A stretch of DNA of 64,000 nt, taken from the NCBI GenBank assembly GCA_050273025.1, contig CP158635.1, positions 10,416,001-10,480,000 on the forward strand, written 5' to 3'. The position numbers and the translations under genes are program-made. The notes below the pieces were generated by a model. The model made no database searches. It was not told the origin of the DNA and was given only the letters and a program-made list of their open reading frames with translations. This stretch comes from Cenococcum geophilum (Eukaryota). Every line of letters begins with the position of its first letter. Position 1 is the stretch's first letter. Positions 13,069-24,700 of this stretch are shown here, in pieces.

Positions 13069-13113
13069 TACACGAGCCATAACAACGTGTCAGGTTAGTG
13101 CCGTAACATTATA

Positions 13114-13795
13114 TAAAGTAAAGCTTCTAGATTTAATTAAGGTTTACCCTATTTTCTCTTTAAATAAACTATAAAAAGCTATAAACAACCTATTACCTAG
13201 ATAAAAGAATAAACCCCCCCTATTAATTTAAGTTAATAGTAACAGTAAATAGGAAATTAAAGAGATACTAGCCTATAAGCTTGTAAGGGGAACGTTAAAA
13301 TATTATATTAGTTGGAAACTATATAACCTAGACTCTACTTAGTACCCTATATAGAACTTTATAGGTAGTCCCTATAAGCTTTAAACGTTTTATAGCCGTT
13401 ACCCTAATAAACCTAGGCCCCTAAAGTACCTTAATAAGTAGATAAAATGCTAGAATAGTAAAGATAATAAGCTACCTATTAAGTATAAAAATAAAAATAC
13501 CCTATAGATATAAAACGAATATATTAAGCCTAAGGGCAGGCTTTTTTAAAGGGGGGGGGTAATGTTACGGCGCCAGTAGAAACCAGTAGATATTAGTAAA
13601 TTGTAGTGGATAATCGTAAACAGTTTTATATAATTGCCGTTACGTAACTAAAGGATTATATATAATGTTAAGTGGCGCCGCCCTTTATCTCCTTTCCTTT
13701 CTTTAGCTTTAGATCCTTATTTATAGACTACCAATTATATAGGCTTGCGCGTCCCTCTTGCCGTACTTATACCTTAATTAACTAAGTCGCTAATA
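13114..13795 (+). mobile_element. Gypsy family X, 3' end of another copy: IN C-terminus with chromodomain, PPT and 3' LTR
   Basis: 'VKLLDLIKVYPIFS...*EIKEILAYKLVRGTLKYYISWK...ST*YP' (chromodomain). PPT aaaggggggggg at ~13548-13559. LTR 13562-13795 starts tgttacggcg. Confidence 0.85.
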
Positions 13796-15970
13796 AATAG
13801 TAAGTTATTATATGTTATATTATAAGTAAATCTAATATAGAATTGTTTTGTACCTAGTAAGCAACTTTTAGGAATTAATTCCTTAATTGATTTAGGAATA
13901 GCTATAGCGGCAGTATTTACGGCGCTTTATACTTAGCTAATAGTACTAGGGATAGCCGTCGCAACGCTATTAGTAATACTTATAACTTTAGTCTAAAAAG
14001 ATTAAAGGATGTCTCGCTTTAGAGGGGTACGTGGTATAATAAAGGGATTATCTAGAGGTTTTATAGTAAAATTAAACTAAATTTTAAGAACCTATTAGCT
14101 AAACTACCTATATAAATCTAGATAGAGCGTAATGTCTTACGCTTAAGGTTATAATACCCACCTTTATATTGCTTTTCTTATATAGTACCTATAGCGCTAG
14201 AACTATATAATAGATAGTAGTAGTATAAAGGTAACTAAGATACCTTACTTTAGCCACGTTCCTCTCTTTACTATAGTAAAAGGATAATAGACTTTAAGAT
14301 AATGCTTTAAAACTAGTTATATTAAAATAGAAATAGGCCAGTTCCTATATAAATTCTTCTAATACTTATATAAGAACTTCTAGTCCTAAAAATAGTCCTA
14401 AGTAATATAAAAATAGCTAACCTATAGCGATATAACGGGGGCCTAAAATTAGGCCCTTTCTATTTTTTTTATAAATTAATATTATTAGATAAATTTATAT
14501 AATCTATACTAGAAATATGTATATATTATACTATCTTATCTCTTTATTAACTAATAACATCTCTAATTATTTATATGTGCATTTTTATTATTATTAAACG
14601 CCTACTATAAGCTATAGCCTTTACTAGGTCTTAGCCTATGCTCTAAACCCGCTTAAAATCCTATATCCATCGTTTTTCTGATTAGGTTTTTAATTATGCC
14701 TATAAATAATAACTAATAGAATTAAATACCTTAACCTAAGAACCTCTACCGCAATACTTAATACTTAATAGTAGGAATAACGTAGATAGCGTATTCTTAA
14801 ACATTACTATACGTCTATATAATAATATCGATTTAGGTAGTAGGGTTATTATATAATAACAGTAGTTCTAAGGAGAAAGTTTTGCTTAAGTCGTTAAGCT
14901 CTAAAAAGTATTTACTTAAGTAAAGTGTTAGTAGCTAGGAATCTTTATAAATTATAACTACTTATTAATTTAAAGCTAAGAATATATATCTTTTTTAAGT
15001 TAAAGTATAAAAACTAACGCCTAATTACTTATTATATTTTTAAAGCAGTTTCTATACTTAGTATAACTAAAATAGAGATAAACGGATATTTAGTTTAACT
15101 AAAAGAACGCTTTTTATTCTATACTCTTTTATTCCTACTTTATATACTTACTTACTTACTTATTTTTATAACTTTCTAAATATCTCTTATTCTTATAGCG
15201 AATTTTAAATACTTAAATTTTTTAAGCTTAGATTAGGGATTTAACCTAATAAAAGACCTTATAACCTCCTAGAGGCGCTTAGGTCTTTAACTCCTTTAAT
15301 AGGAGTCCGGTTAAATTAAGCCCTTAAATATACTTTATTATACTATTTTTAAGCCTTCTATTAAAGTTGCTAATTAGTATTTTTAAGCTAACTTACTTTT
15401 ACCTCTGCCTACTACCTAAGCTCTATCTCTATGGATATCTTATCTTTTAATTTACTTAACTCTTAAGCTAACTTAGTATTTTCCATTTGCAGCTTATTAA
15501 TTTTTACACTAAAGCTAACCTTTAGGTAGTTTGGTGTATATAAAAAGTTAGAAAACTTAATAATTTAAAATATTTTTTATATATTATAACGCCTTACGCT
15601 TTTAAAGAGTTTATCTTTACGGTAGCTATAACCTATATAGCCTTAAACGTTATATTAACTCCTTTATATAATTCCTTATAAGCACTAATAGAATAATCGC
15701 TAATATTTTTTAAAAAAATTCTTAAGAATAGCTCCTTCTTTTCTAATAGCACTTTTTAAATATAAGGATTATCTGGGCTAGGAATAAAACGAACTTATAA
15801 TAGCTCTATTATAATTCCTAACTTACTCCCTATAGAAGCGTTAGTTATAATTAAATAGAGCTTGCTTAGTCTTATATATATATTTTTTATAATTGCTCTT
15901 AGTACTTATTTCTTTATTTTCCGCGTTTAATATTACTTAATTATATTAGAGCTATTTTAGTTTATACCTC
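13796..15970 (-). other. Basal RIP-degraded layer of unidentified origin (continues at 16742-16799, 37986-40408, 47229-47386 and 49267-50550)
   Basis: Heavily RIP-mutated. The minus strand has coding-like stretches such as the coiled-coil-like 'SVKINKLQMENTKLA*ELSKLKDKISIEIELR**AEVKVS*L' at ~15390-15510. No recognisable domain. Confidence 0.35.
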
Positions 15971-15972
15971 TA

Positions 15973-16739
15973 CAGTGGGGTGTCATAAGTGTCCGTGCCC
16001 AGACCACACCAAATGTGATATTTTTTGCTAAATTACTATATAGCAACCACAAAATTAATTCTAGAGCTTTAAAATAGTTATAAGGCCTATTACTATATAA
16101 AATCTAGCTATTATAACTTTTTTAAAGTCTTATATTTTACAGTTCTTTATTAAAAGCCCTGATGTTTTACCGATTTTTTACTAAACTTACTATATTTAGC
16201 ATATATTTTCTACTACTAAGGATTAAAAATATTTCTTAAAATTCTAATATTTTATAGAGATTTGCTTTTACTAAGACACTCTATATTTAAAATTTTGTTT
16301 AAAATATATATAAAATTATTGTAGGGTTATAAAGTCAAAAAAAGTAGGTAAAAAATGAAATTCCTCATACAAAATAAAAAATTTTAACTTTATAACGTTA
16401 TAATAAACTTTTATACTTTTAAAATAATATTCTAAATATACTAAGTTACAATAAATATAAATCTTTATGCGATATTAAATTTTTTTCAAAAAAATTAATA
16501 TCTAGTAGTAGAAAATATATATTAAATATTATAGATCTTATAAGGGAACTAATAGGATTTCTAAAAGAGTTATAGGTTTTAAACCCAAAAAAAGGCTTTA
16601 ATAGCTAGATTTAATATATAATATAAACTTCAGCTATTTTTTAAAGCTTTAAAATTATTTATATGGTTGTTATATATAATTTAATGGGGTGGGTTATCTT
16701 GAAAATTCGCTTAGCACGGACACTTATGACACCCAACTG
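15973..16739. mobile_element. Non-autonomous Tc1/mariner-type element (767 bp), fold-back-like
   Basis: 26-bp TIR cagtggggtgtcataagtgtccgtgc / gcacggacacttatgacacccaactg, TA TSD, plus further internal inverted blocks. Confidence 0.9.
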
Positions 16740-19700
16740 TATAATCTGCAAAAATACAAATAAAAGATTTATTAATTTATTTAAACTAAGTAATGCGAGT
16801 GTTGGTTACATAAGGGGATATTACGTAGCTATGGTTCGTAGATAGTATAATAATTATTATTCTATATATCTTAATAAGGGAGGGCGAGGAGCTTAAGGCT
16901 CCTTGCTACGCTAGTGCCGCGGCGATATATAACGGCAACTTGCTATATATAATGGCAATGTGCCTTATATAGTAACCACTTACCTTTATTCCTAATACTA
17001 GCAACTTTTCTTTTATAGTTGCTATCTATATATATATACCGCTTAACTAGCGGAATAAATATCAGTCCTTTTTACTTACTATTGCTATTATAATATAAGT
17101 CTCGCTGCCCCAAAATTTGCCTTTTAGCACGTAGTGCTTTCTTACTTAGGAGTTATAGGTAGATATCTTGTTTAAAGGGCCGCTAAGGCGCTAGTAGTAA
17201 GCGAGCTAATAGCGATTTTCTATCCCGGGGATAGAAAATCCTAATTAGCTAGGTTAAGTTAGGGTTTATAGAATGTTATACCCCCCCCTCTAAAAAAGTT
17301 TTAGCAAGAGAATCTAACTAATTAGATAACTTTAACCGCTGGTTAAAGTTCCTAAATATTTTAAGACCTTATATAACTAAGAAATTTCTAGGGACTCCCT
17401 TTTAACCTAACCTTTAACTTATATACGTAGAGTATTTATGTTAATAAATGTCTCTAGTGCCTTATTTGGGTTTGCCTTCGTTATTATATCTACCGGGTTA
17501 TCTTAGCTATTAATCTATTAAATCTTAAAAAGTTTTTAACGCTTATAGGATTGCCGAAGTGCTATAATATTAATTATAAGGCGCTTCTTCTTTATAGTAC
17601 TAAGCTTAACTAAATACTTATAGAGGGAATATAAGTTAGTGTATACAATTATAGGGATAATAGGAAGTTTAAGTCGATCTATAATTATCTTTAGGGTAGT
17701 TCCAATTGTAATTACTATATTAACTTTGCTAACTATTCTATATATCTCTAACGCTAAAACACTTTAGGTAACGCGTTTGCTCGTAGTTAAGCTCTAATAG
17801 ATAAAATTGCTATAGATTGTGAAGTTATTCTCTCTAGTAAATTTATTCGCGATAATAATTTTATATCCTAATTAGGAACTAAAATCTTTGTTATTTATAA
17901 ACGATCTATTAATAAATATAAAGAGCTTAGCAGTAGGAAGATTAATAGGCACGTAGAGTAGTCCCTGATTAAGATAGTTTATTTACTAAAAAAGACATTT
18001 ATTTAGGGTAAGAACGTCATCCTTAGTTAGTTTTTAGTATTAGGTGGCAATGGAGAGATTAAATAAAGCCTTAGGTTAATAAATAGAAGCAATATAAGCT
18101 TTGTAAGCGTATTGCTCTATATATCCTTACTTTAGGGAATTAACGTTAATAACGTTAATCTTTTTACCTTAACCCTTCTGGCGCAAAGCAATAAAATCCT
18201 TATTTAGGGAGAGGATGTATTTATTAAAAAGTAATAGTATTATTAAATTAAGCTTTTCCTTTAGCTTTGCTATAAGATTTACCTTTACTAGCTTATCCTC
18301 TTTAAGAGCTAAGAATTAGTTATCTCCTAAGATAATTATATTATTAGTTTATATACTAACGATTCTAAATAGGGTTCCCGTAGTTATAATAAGGAAGTAG
18401 GGATTAAATATAGAAGTAGTTATTAAAAGCTTCTCTTTATAGTGCTTACTGTAGGTAGCCTACTAATAGGTTTCTACCTCTGCAATTCTATATAATGGCT
18501 TAAGTATAACTATAATTATATCTTTAGGATATTGGTAACGAATTTGCTCTAAAAGGTATGTTAATATTAAGCGCTAAAGGTATATCTCTAATTAGGTGTA
18601 GGCCTAAGTAATATCTCGTAAATAGACCGCTATTTTATTCTTTATTAAGGAGGGAGCTAATATAATAATAACTTATTAACTAGCTCGTTAAATTATAGGG
18701 GATTATGTAAGAATTATCTCCTTATTATTGTCGTTGTAACCTTAGATAATAAGCCTTAATTTCTTAAATAGGGCATTAGTAGCCTTACCCTTAATCTTAT
18801 TAACTATCCTTAACTTAAAGATATAAACTTTATTAAACTTAATAGGGTTATACTTCTTAAATTTAAAGACTCCTCTTATAATAAGACTGTTGATCTCCTG
18901 CTTATTAGATACTTAGAAAGGAGCTTCTAAAGTTATAATATAACCTTCCTTTTAGAGCTGTTTTGCGAGCTTAAAGTTAACCTTCTCTTTAGCTATTATA
19001 AAGGCCATTAATAACTTAACTCTGCTCTTAATGGCAGCAATAAATTATTCTTTAAAATTAATAAGATATTAGCGATTTTATAATCCCTTTAGGCGACCTC
19101 TACTGCGTTATGGTTATAGCGTATCTACTATAATTATTTTAGGATTGTAGTTGCCTTCTAGAGTACGTTAATTGTGGTTCTCCTTTAGGGTATCTTTTAG
19201 GGCATCCTGTAAAGGCTTAGATTTATTATTTTTGTAGTAAGGCTTAATAATATTTAAATGGAATTAAGTGGGTTTATAAGGCATTTAAATAGTATAAGTT
19301 TAATTATTAATTGCGATGAGTTAATATAGGCCTAACTATTCTCCCTTTTTATGCTATACGCGTACCTTAAACTAGAGTAGCAGATTAAGCGTAGTTAAGG
19401 TGTTTAGGCTATTTTTTATTCCTAGTGCGTTATTAACCTAGTATATAGCGTAGAGATATCGCACCTCCTTTATTGCCTTATAAATAGCCTTAGCTTATTA
19501 TATAATAGAGGGAGATAGTAAAAAATTATTAGTTATTTAAGGGTAGGCGCTAAAGACTAGTAATATAGGTATAAGTCTATCTAGGCTAGCGGAATTGTTA
19601 ATAGCTTTAACAGCTATTTATAAGGTAAGTTCTTTACTAGCATTCTTTAGTTTTAAAGAGATAATCTTATATACGCGGCGTAATGGCGTATAATATTGTT

Positions 19701-20623
19701 ATAAGAGGCTAGCCTAACCAAAATATATAATTATCTAATTGACAGTATTACTGGTAAGTAGAAGGTAAGTTAAAGGTACGTTAAAGATAAGTAAAAGGTA
19801 AAATAAGTTTTTATATATTAAAGGACAAATACTTCTAACTACTTCTATTTAGAGACTAATTGCTAGTTCTTCTCTAGAGGGGAATTAGCTTCCTATATAT
19901 TCCTTTTAAAACGCTAGTAAAACCTTTTGCCTCTAACCTATTTAACTGTGTTTTCTAGAATATAGATGGGATATAGATAAAACCTCCTACCGTTTTATTA
20001 GATATATACCTTCTAGGGGATTCTATTACAATTACCTCCCCTTTTAGGGTTTTAGTTCTTTAAGACTTCGCCTCTACTAAGCTTTTATAGAGTTCTAGCT
20101 AAAACCACTAGGGAAACCCTTAGTAGAAAGGTACTTTATAATGCGGCTTATTACTAGCTTTTTACTAGCGCGGAACTTTACTTTATCTTCTATTTCTCTA
20201 CTCTTCTCCTACCCTAGCTCCTTATAGTGCTTTTATAATGGGATTTTAATAATAGTAATAAAAATTTGGTGGGATTTACCTCTCTAATTTTGGGAATTTG
20301 TTATAAATAGATCTAGAGGTTGTTCGGTATAACGCGTTAACTAACTACTATCCCTATTTACCTAAATGGGCTTTAATAATAACGTCTTTTATTTTAATTT
20401 CTTTCTGTTTATAAATTATTGTCTCTCCCTTATCCTTTTATTAATAATATTATTTATCTCGTTCTTAAATAGGCTGTTTTTATTATATCTTACCTTTTAG
20501 CTTCTATATCTCTAGCCGTACTTCTATTACTGCCTTATTATCTTTTTTAAACGCGTTTATAAGTAATAGGATCTCTACCTTATCTCTTATAACAATGCTA
20601 ACTTCTTAGAGTATTCTCTTATA

Positions 20624-21453
20624 ATGGCTTATAGTCCTTCTACATATCCCTAAACCGGCGGTAGTGTTATTCCTCTTTTAGTGACGCCCTAGATAGCGTC
20701 TATTACTTCTACGGCAATTTCCCTAAAATGCTATTATTGCTATATTTATGCTCTTATATAGGATCCTTTTTACATTTATAAGATGCCTTACTCTAGTAAA
20801 AATAAATCTAAGTGCTCTTATTGCCGTAGTAGGAGAAAGACCTATATCCTAGTATTTCCTATTCTATCCTATTCTAGATTTTGCTAATTATACTAGATCC
20901 CCGCTGTCTATATATATAAAACTTATAGGCTTTAACGCGCTATTTAAGATTTCCGCTAACATCCTAATAGTAATAGGTAAGGATAGAAGGTATCTTCCCT
21001 TACTTATAGACTCTTTAATTTAATAAGGGTTTCTACTACTATGGAGATATAATAATCTCGGATATATAGTATCTAGGAGTGTATATGCAAACAGCTTATC
21101 CTTATTAATAATAATATTTATACTCTTACGCGGGCTACTTTAGCTAGGTAAGTTTCTCTAGTAACTTACTTAGGAACTATACTAACTCCTTTAGCCAATG
21201 TTTTTTTAATCCTTACTTAGATGCTAATTTGGAACTTAGGGATATTAAAGATAGCAATAAACGTTAAGATAAACGTTCTCCTTGCTAGTCTTCCGCCTAT
21301 ACTAGTTCTTTTAGTACCTATTATTCTAAGAAGAATATTAGTAAAAGTGCTAATACTTCTAGGGATAGAGAAGCCAATAATACCGTTAATAATAATATTA
21401 AGATAGAAGAGGAGACTCCTATTACTACTACTAGTATTTAAGTTATTACCTAA
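20624..21453 (+). pseudogene. Three-exon antisense accessory gene in the Gypsy C 3' region; ~245 aa, Zn2Cys6-like N-terminus, low-complexity C-terminus
   Basis: Exons 20624-20851, 20897-21147 and 21195-21453. Introns 20852-20896 (GTATTT..GCTAAT..TAG) and 21148-21194 (GTAAGT..ACTAAC..TAG). Exon 1 reads 'KCYYCYIYALI*DPFYIYKMPYSSKNKSKCSYCRSRRKTYIL'. Confidence 0.7.
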
Positions 21454-21720
21454 CTCTTTCCTTTTTTTTATAGAATAGCTTTATATAGTGCTTCTTAGGT
21501 GCCTTTAAAATACTCTATTATTAGAAATAGACTTTATACTTTAGGGATACCTTTGTTTTAAGCTTTAGTAATAATTTATATAAACGCAGTATACTACTAT
21601 AATCCCTATATATAATAAACAGGTAGTGTTTCTATAGGTGCCTTATAATTTCTTAAAATTTCTAATTCTTTATAGGCTGTCCTTTTACTCCTCTTTATAC
21701 CATTAACTCTACTACGTATC

Positions 21721-24700
21721 TGTATAATTACAGCACCTATTATACCAAACGCGTGCTTACGCGTTTACGCGTTCAGTGCACCAACCACTTACTTACGCGT
21801 CTAGTGCACTTATAAAGCACTAACTAATTAGGGGGGAGGTGCATCAGTATATAGACCACGTAGTCTGCTTTATATAATCAACAGTCACCATCTAAACAAG
21901 CATACAATACTACATGTATTTCGTGCCCGTGGATACAACTCACTCGTGCTATTAAGTTAGTACAAATACTAATCAGTAAGCGCGCACAGATTAGCAATTA
22001 CTTAATACCTCCCCCCAAGCGATACTCGACAGCAACCACCCGTTTAGACTCCTAGTATAACCTACTAGAAGGTCAGAAGTCAGGGATTACGGACTTATCT
22101 CCAACTCTATATACTTATTTAAGTCTTAGTATGGTTTACCGGAAGTATAATAGACGCAAATACAGACCTATACGGAACCCCCTACCCTTAAACCTCAAAC
22201 CCCTATCCCTACTACACCCTCTTTTAATACCTCCGACGTCTTTTTAGACCCCTTATAGAGACCCCCTACCCCTTTACAAACTACTACGGACCTGTTAAGA
22301 CCCCTTACGGACACCCTTACCCTTCTATAAACCGTAACGGATATTAACCGCCTTTATAGACCACTACAAGACCTCTTCCACCTATTACGTACTACACTAC
22401 ACTATATAATATAGCAGACCTAAGGAAGCAAGTTAATAAAGGCCAGGAAAAGTAAAGGCAGGGAGCCGACCTTATGTCTATACCTAACGTTAACAACTAC
22501 ATTAAATTTAAAGTTCTTAAATATGAATATTTTAAGCTTATAAATGTTAACCTATGGGAGTAATACTAGGAAGACTTCGCGGACTTTACGGAAGCTATCT
22601 TTAAAGTATACAACCCTACTACTATCCGTAACCTACGGACCCTCTTATATAACTAAGGTGTATGGGTTAAAAGGAATAAATAAGTTACTGTTGCATAGTC
22701 CTTATATAACATAATATATAAAAAGGACTAAATAGAATGGATTAAAGAGGAAATCCTAGACCAGTTCTAAGAAACTAAGGAACTCTTTACTTCTTCTAAA
22801 CTTAATATAATTGCTAGCCTTATACCTAACCCACTTAACTAAATTCGTCCTATAAACCTAAGTAGTTTTAGAATTAATCTTATGGGCTAAAGTACACCTA
22901 GTACTTAAGTTATAGACCGCAATACCCCCGTAAACCAAAATACAGACTAAATTACCCCTATTGTTCAAGTCACAGATCCGCAAGCCATATATTTATAAAC
23001 TACAAATCTATAAGTTATAGATCCGCAACCTACCTAATTAAAGACCTACGGCAAGGAGCTAGCTAACCTAGCTAAGCTCTATACCGATAAATCTAAGTAC
23101 AGCGGCAAAAATAATAACTTTAACTTTAAACTAACTATCTTTACGGACCTCTGCCAAAAGGCTAACATTCCTAAATAAGAGTTTAGCCAAGCCTACTCTA
23201 CTATGCTGCGCGGCCTAGCACTTAACTACTACTACACTAACCTTAAGAGTAACCCCCTTGGTGTTCCTTTTAATAAGCTATATAAAGCTATACGTAACTA
23301 CTTTAAAGGACCGGAATATAAGTGTAATATCCTTACCTAATAGAATGCGACCAAGCTACGGACCGTAATAGATAAGAATACTAAAAAATCGACCATAGAG
23401 TGCCTGTAAATCCTTATTAAAGACCTCCACTACCTATAGCACGGTTTTAATATTAAGCTTTAAACGGACGACTTTCTGCATAATAAACTTATTACGGCTT
23501 ACCAGGAAGTAGAGCCCTGCAAGTACACCTACTATAAGCCTATAGATACCTTAGCTGGCCTTATTAATAATCTACGCTCCTCTATTATAACGTATAAAGT
23601 CTTAAACCTACCAGGTAGCACTTAAGCCTTTATTACGGATATTTAATATCCACAAACAGACTTAGACGTCTACTTTACGGACCGCCGCTACCGCTAGCAG
23701 CACCCATACCAACTAAGTCCTACCTATAACCCCCATAGCAACCCCTATACAAAAACATACCCCCGCAGATAAACCAGCTAGAAGTGCTTCGTGTGCGGTA
23801 AGGAAGGATATTAGTCTATAAGGTATACCCAGGAAGAACGTAATAAGTCTAGGAAGAGACTTAATAGCCGTATTAACCAGTTTATTTTAGAATACAAAGG
23901 AGAGGAAGTAGAAGAGCCCCCTAATAAGTTAATAGAAGCCCTTATAATTGACTTTAACTTAGACGCTTAAGAATAAGAGACCTTAAAGACATTCCTAACC
24001 ACTTTTGGACCTTTTACGGACAGCTAAGCCTTTAATATTATAACCATATTAGCCGACCATTCCTTTATACACTTAGTTACGCCTAAAAACCATTCCATAA
24101 GCACCCCCATTATAGACGTTATAAATCACAAGCAGGACCTATTTATATATATCACCACAAAACGCTATACCCCTAAGGAATTCTACAGTGTTATAATTAA
24201 CACAGGCGCCTTTAAGAAGTCTACTGTAGGCTATGGACAATACCTCGTATATAGGACTACCGCAAATAATAATACGGATATTAATATTACGCAAACTAGG
24301 GCCGTAAACGTCCAATTCAGCATTAACTTAACTGCATTAATTAGATCAGTTATAGTTAAGACCCTAATTAGCCTAGTTAACTTCCATATAGTAAAAACAG
24401 ACACCCCTTTCTTACTTTGCCTTGCGGATATAGACAGGTTATAGGTTTACTACAACAATATTATAGATACCTTAATCGGCCCTATAACTACCCCAGGAAG
24501 CAAGCATATTACCCTACTAATTATATAACAATTTAAACACCCGTTCCTTATATAGGGAGAGACTTTACAGACCTACATTTAGGAATCTTTCAACTATAAC
24601 CTGTGCTACCTTACCAGTACGGAAATCCACCGTCTGCACCGCCGTTTCGGCTACCTGTTAGCCAAAAAGCTATATAGAGTCCTTAAACGCTCTGGACATA

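Larger units (their letters stand above)
9217..13108 (-). mobile_element. Solo LTR (~187 bp net, ends related to family E LTRs) split by a Tc1 element and a MITE
   Basis: Starts tattatagt and ends gtcaggttagtgccgtaaca (compare 53222-53241). 5-bp TSD ttata at 9212-9216 and 13109-13113. Pieces are 9217-9302, 12736-12798 and 13071-13108. Confidence 0.75.

Noticed and set aside
17203..17250. Palindrome unit 1 as a hammerhead ribozyme (ctaatag could de-RIP to CUGAUG)
   Set aside because: The de-RIP core is CUGAUGG rather than CUGANGA, no GAAA follows the stem, and stems I and III are not evident.
21221..21406. 61-aa hydrophobic ORF resembling a membrane peptide
   Set aside because: It is an alternative frame of exon 3 of the antisense gene, and the Ile/Leu richness is a RIP artefact.
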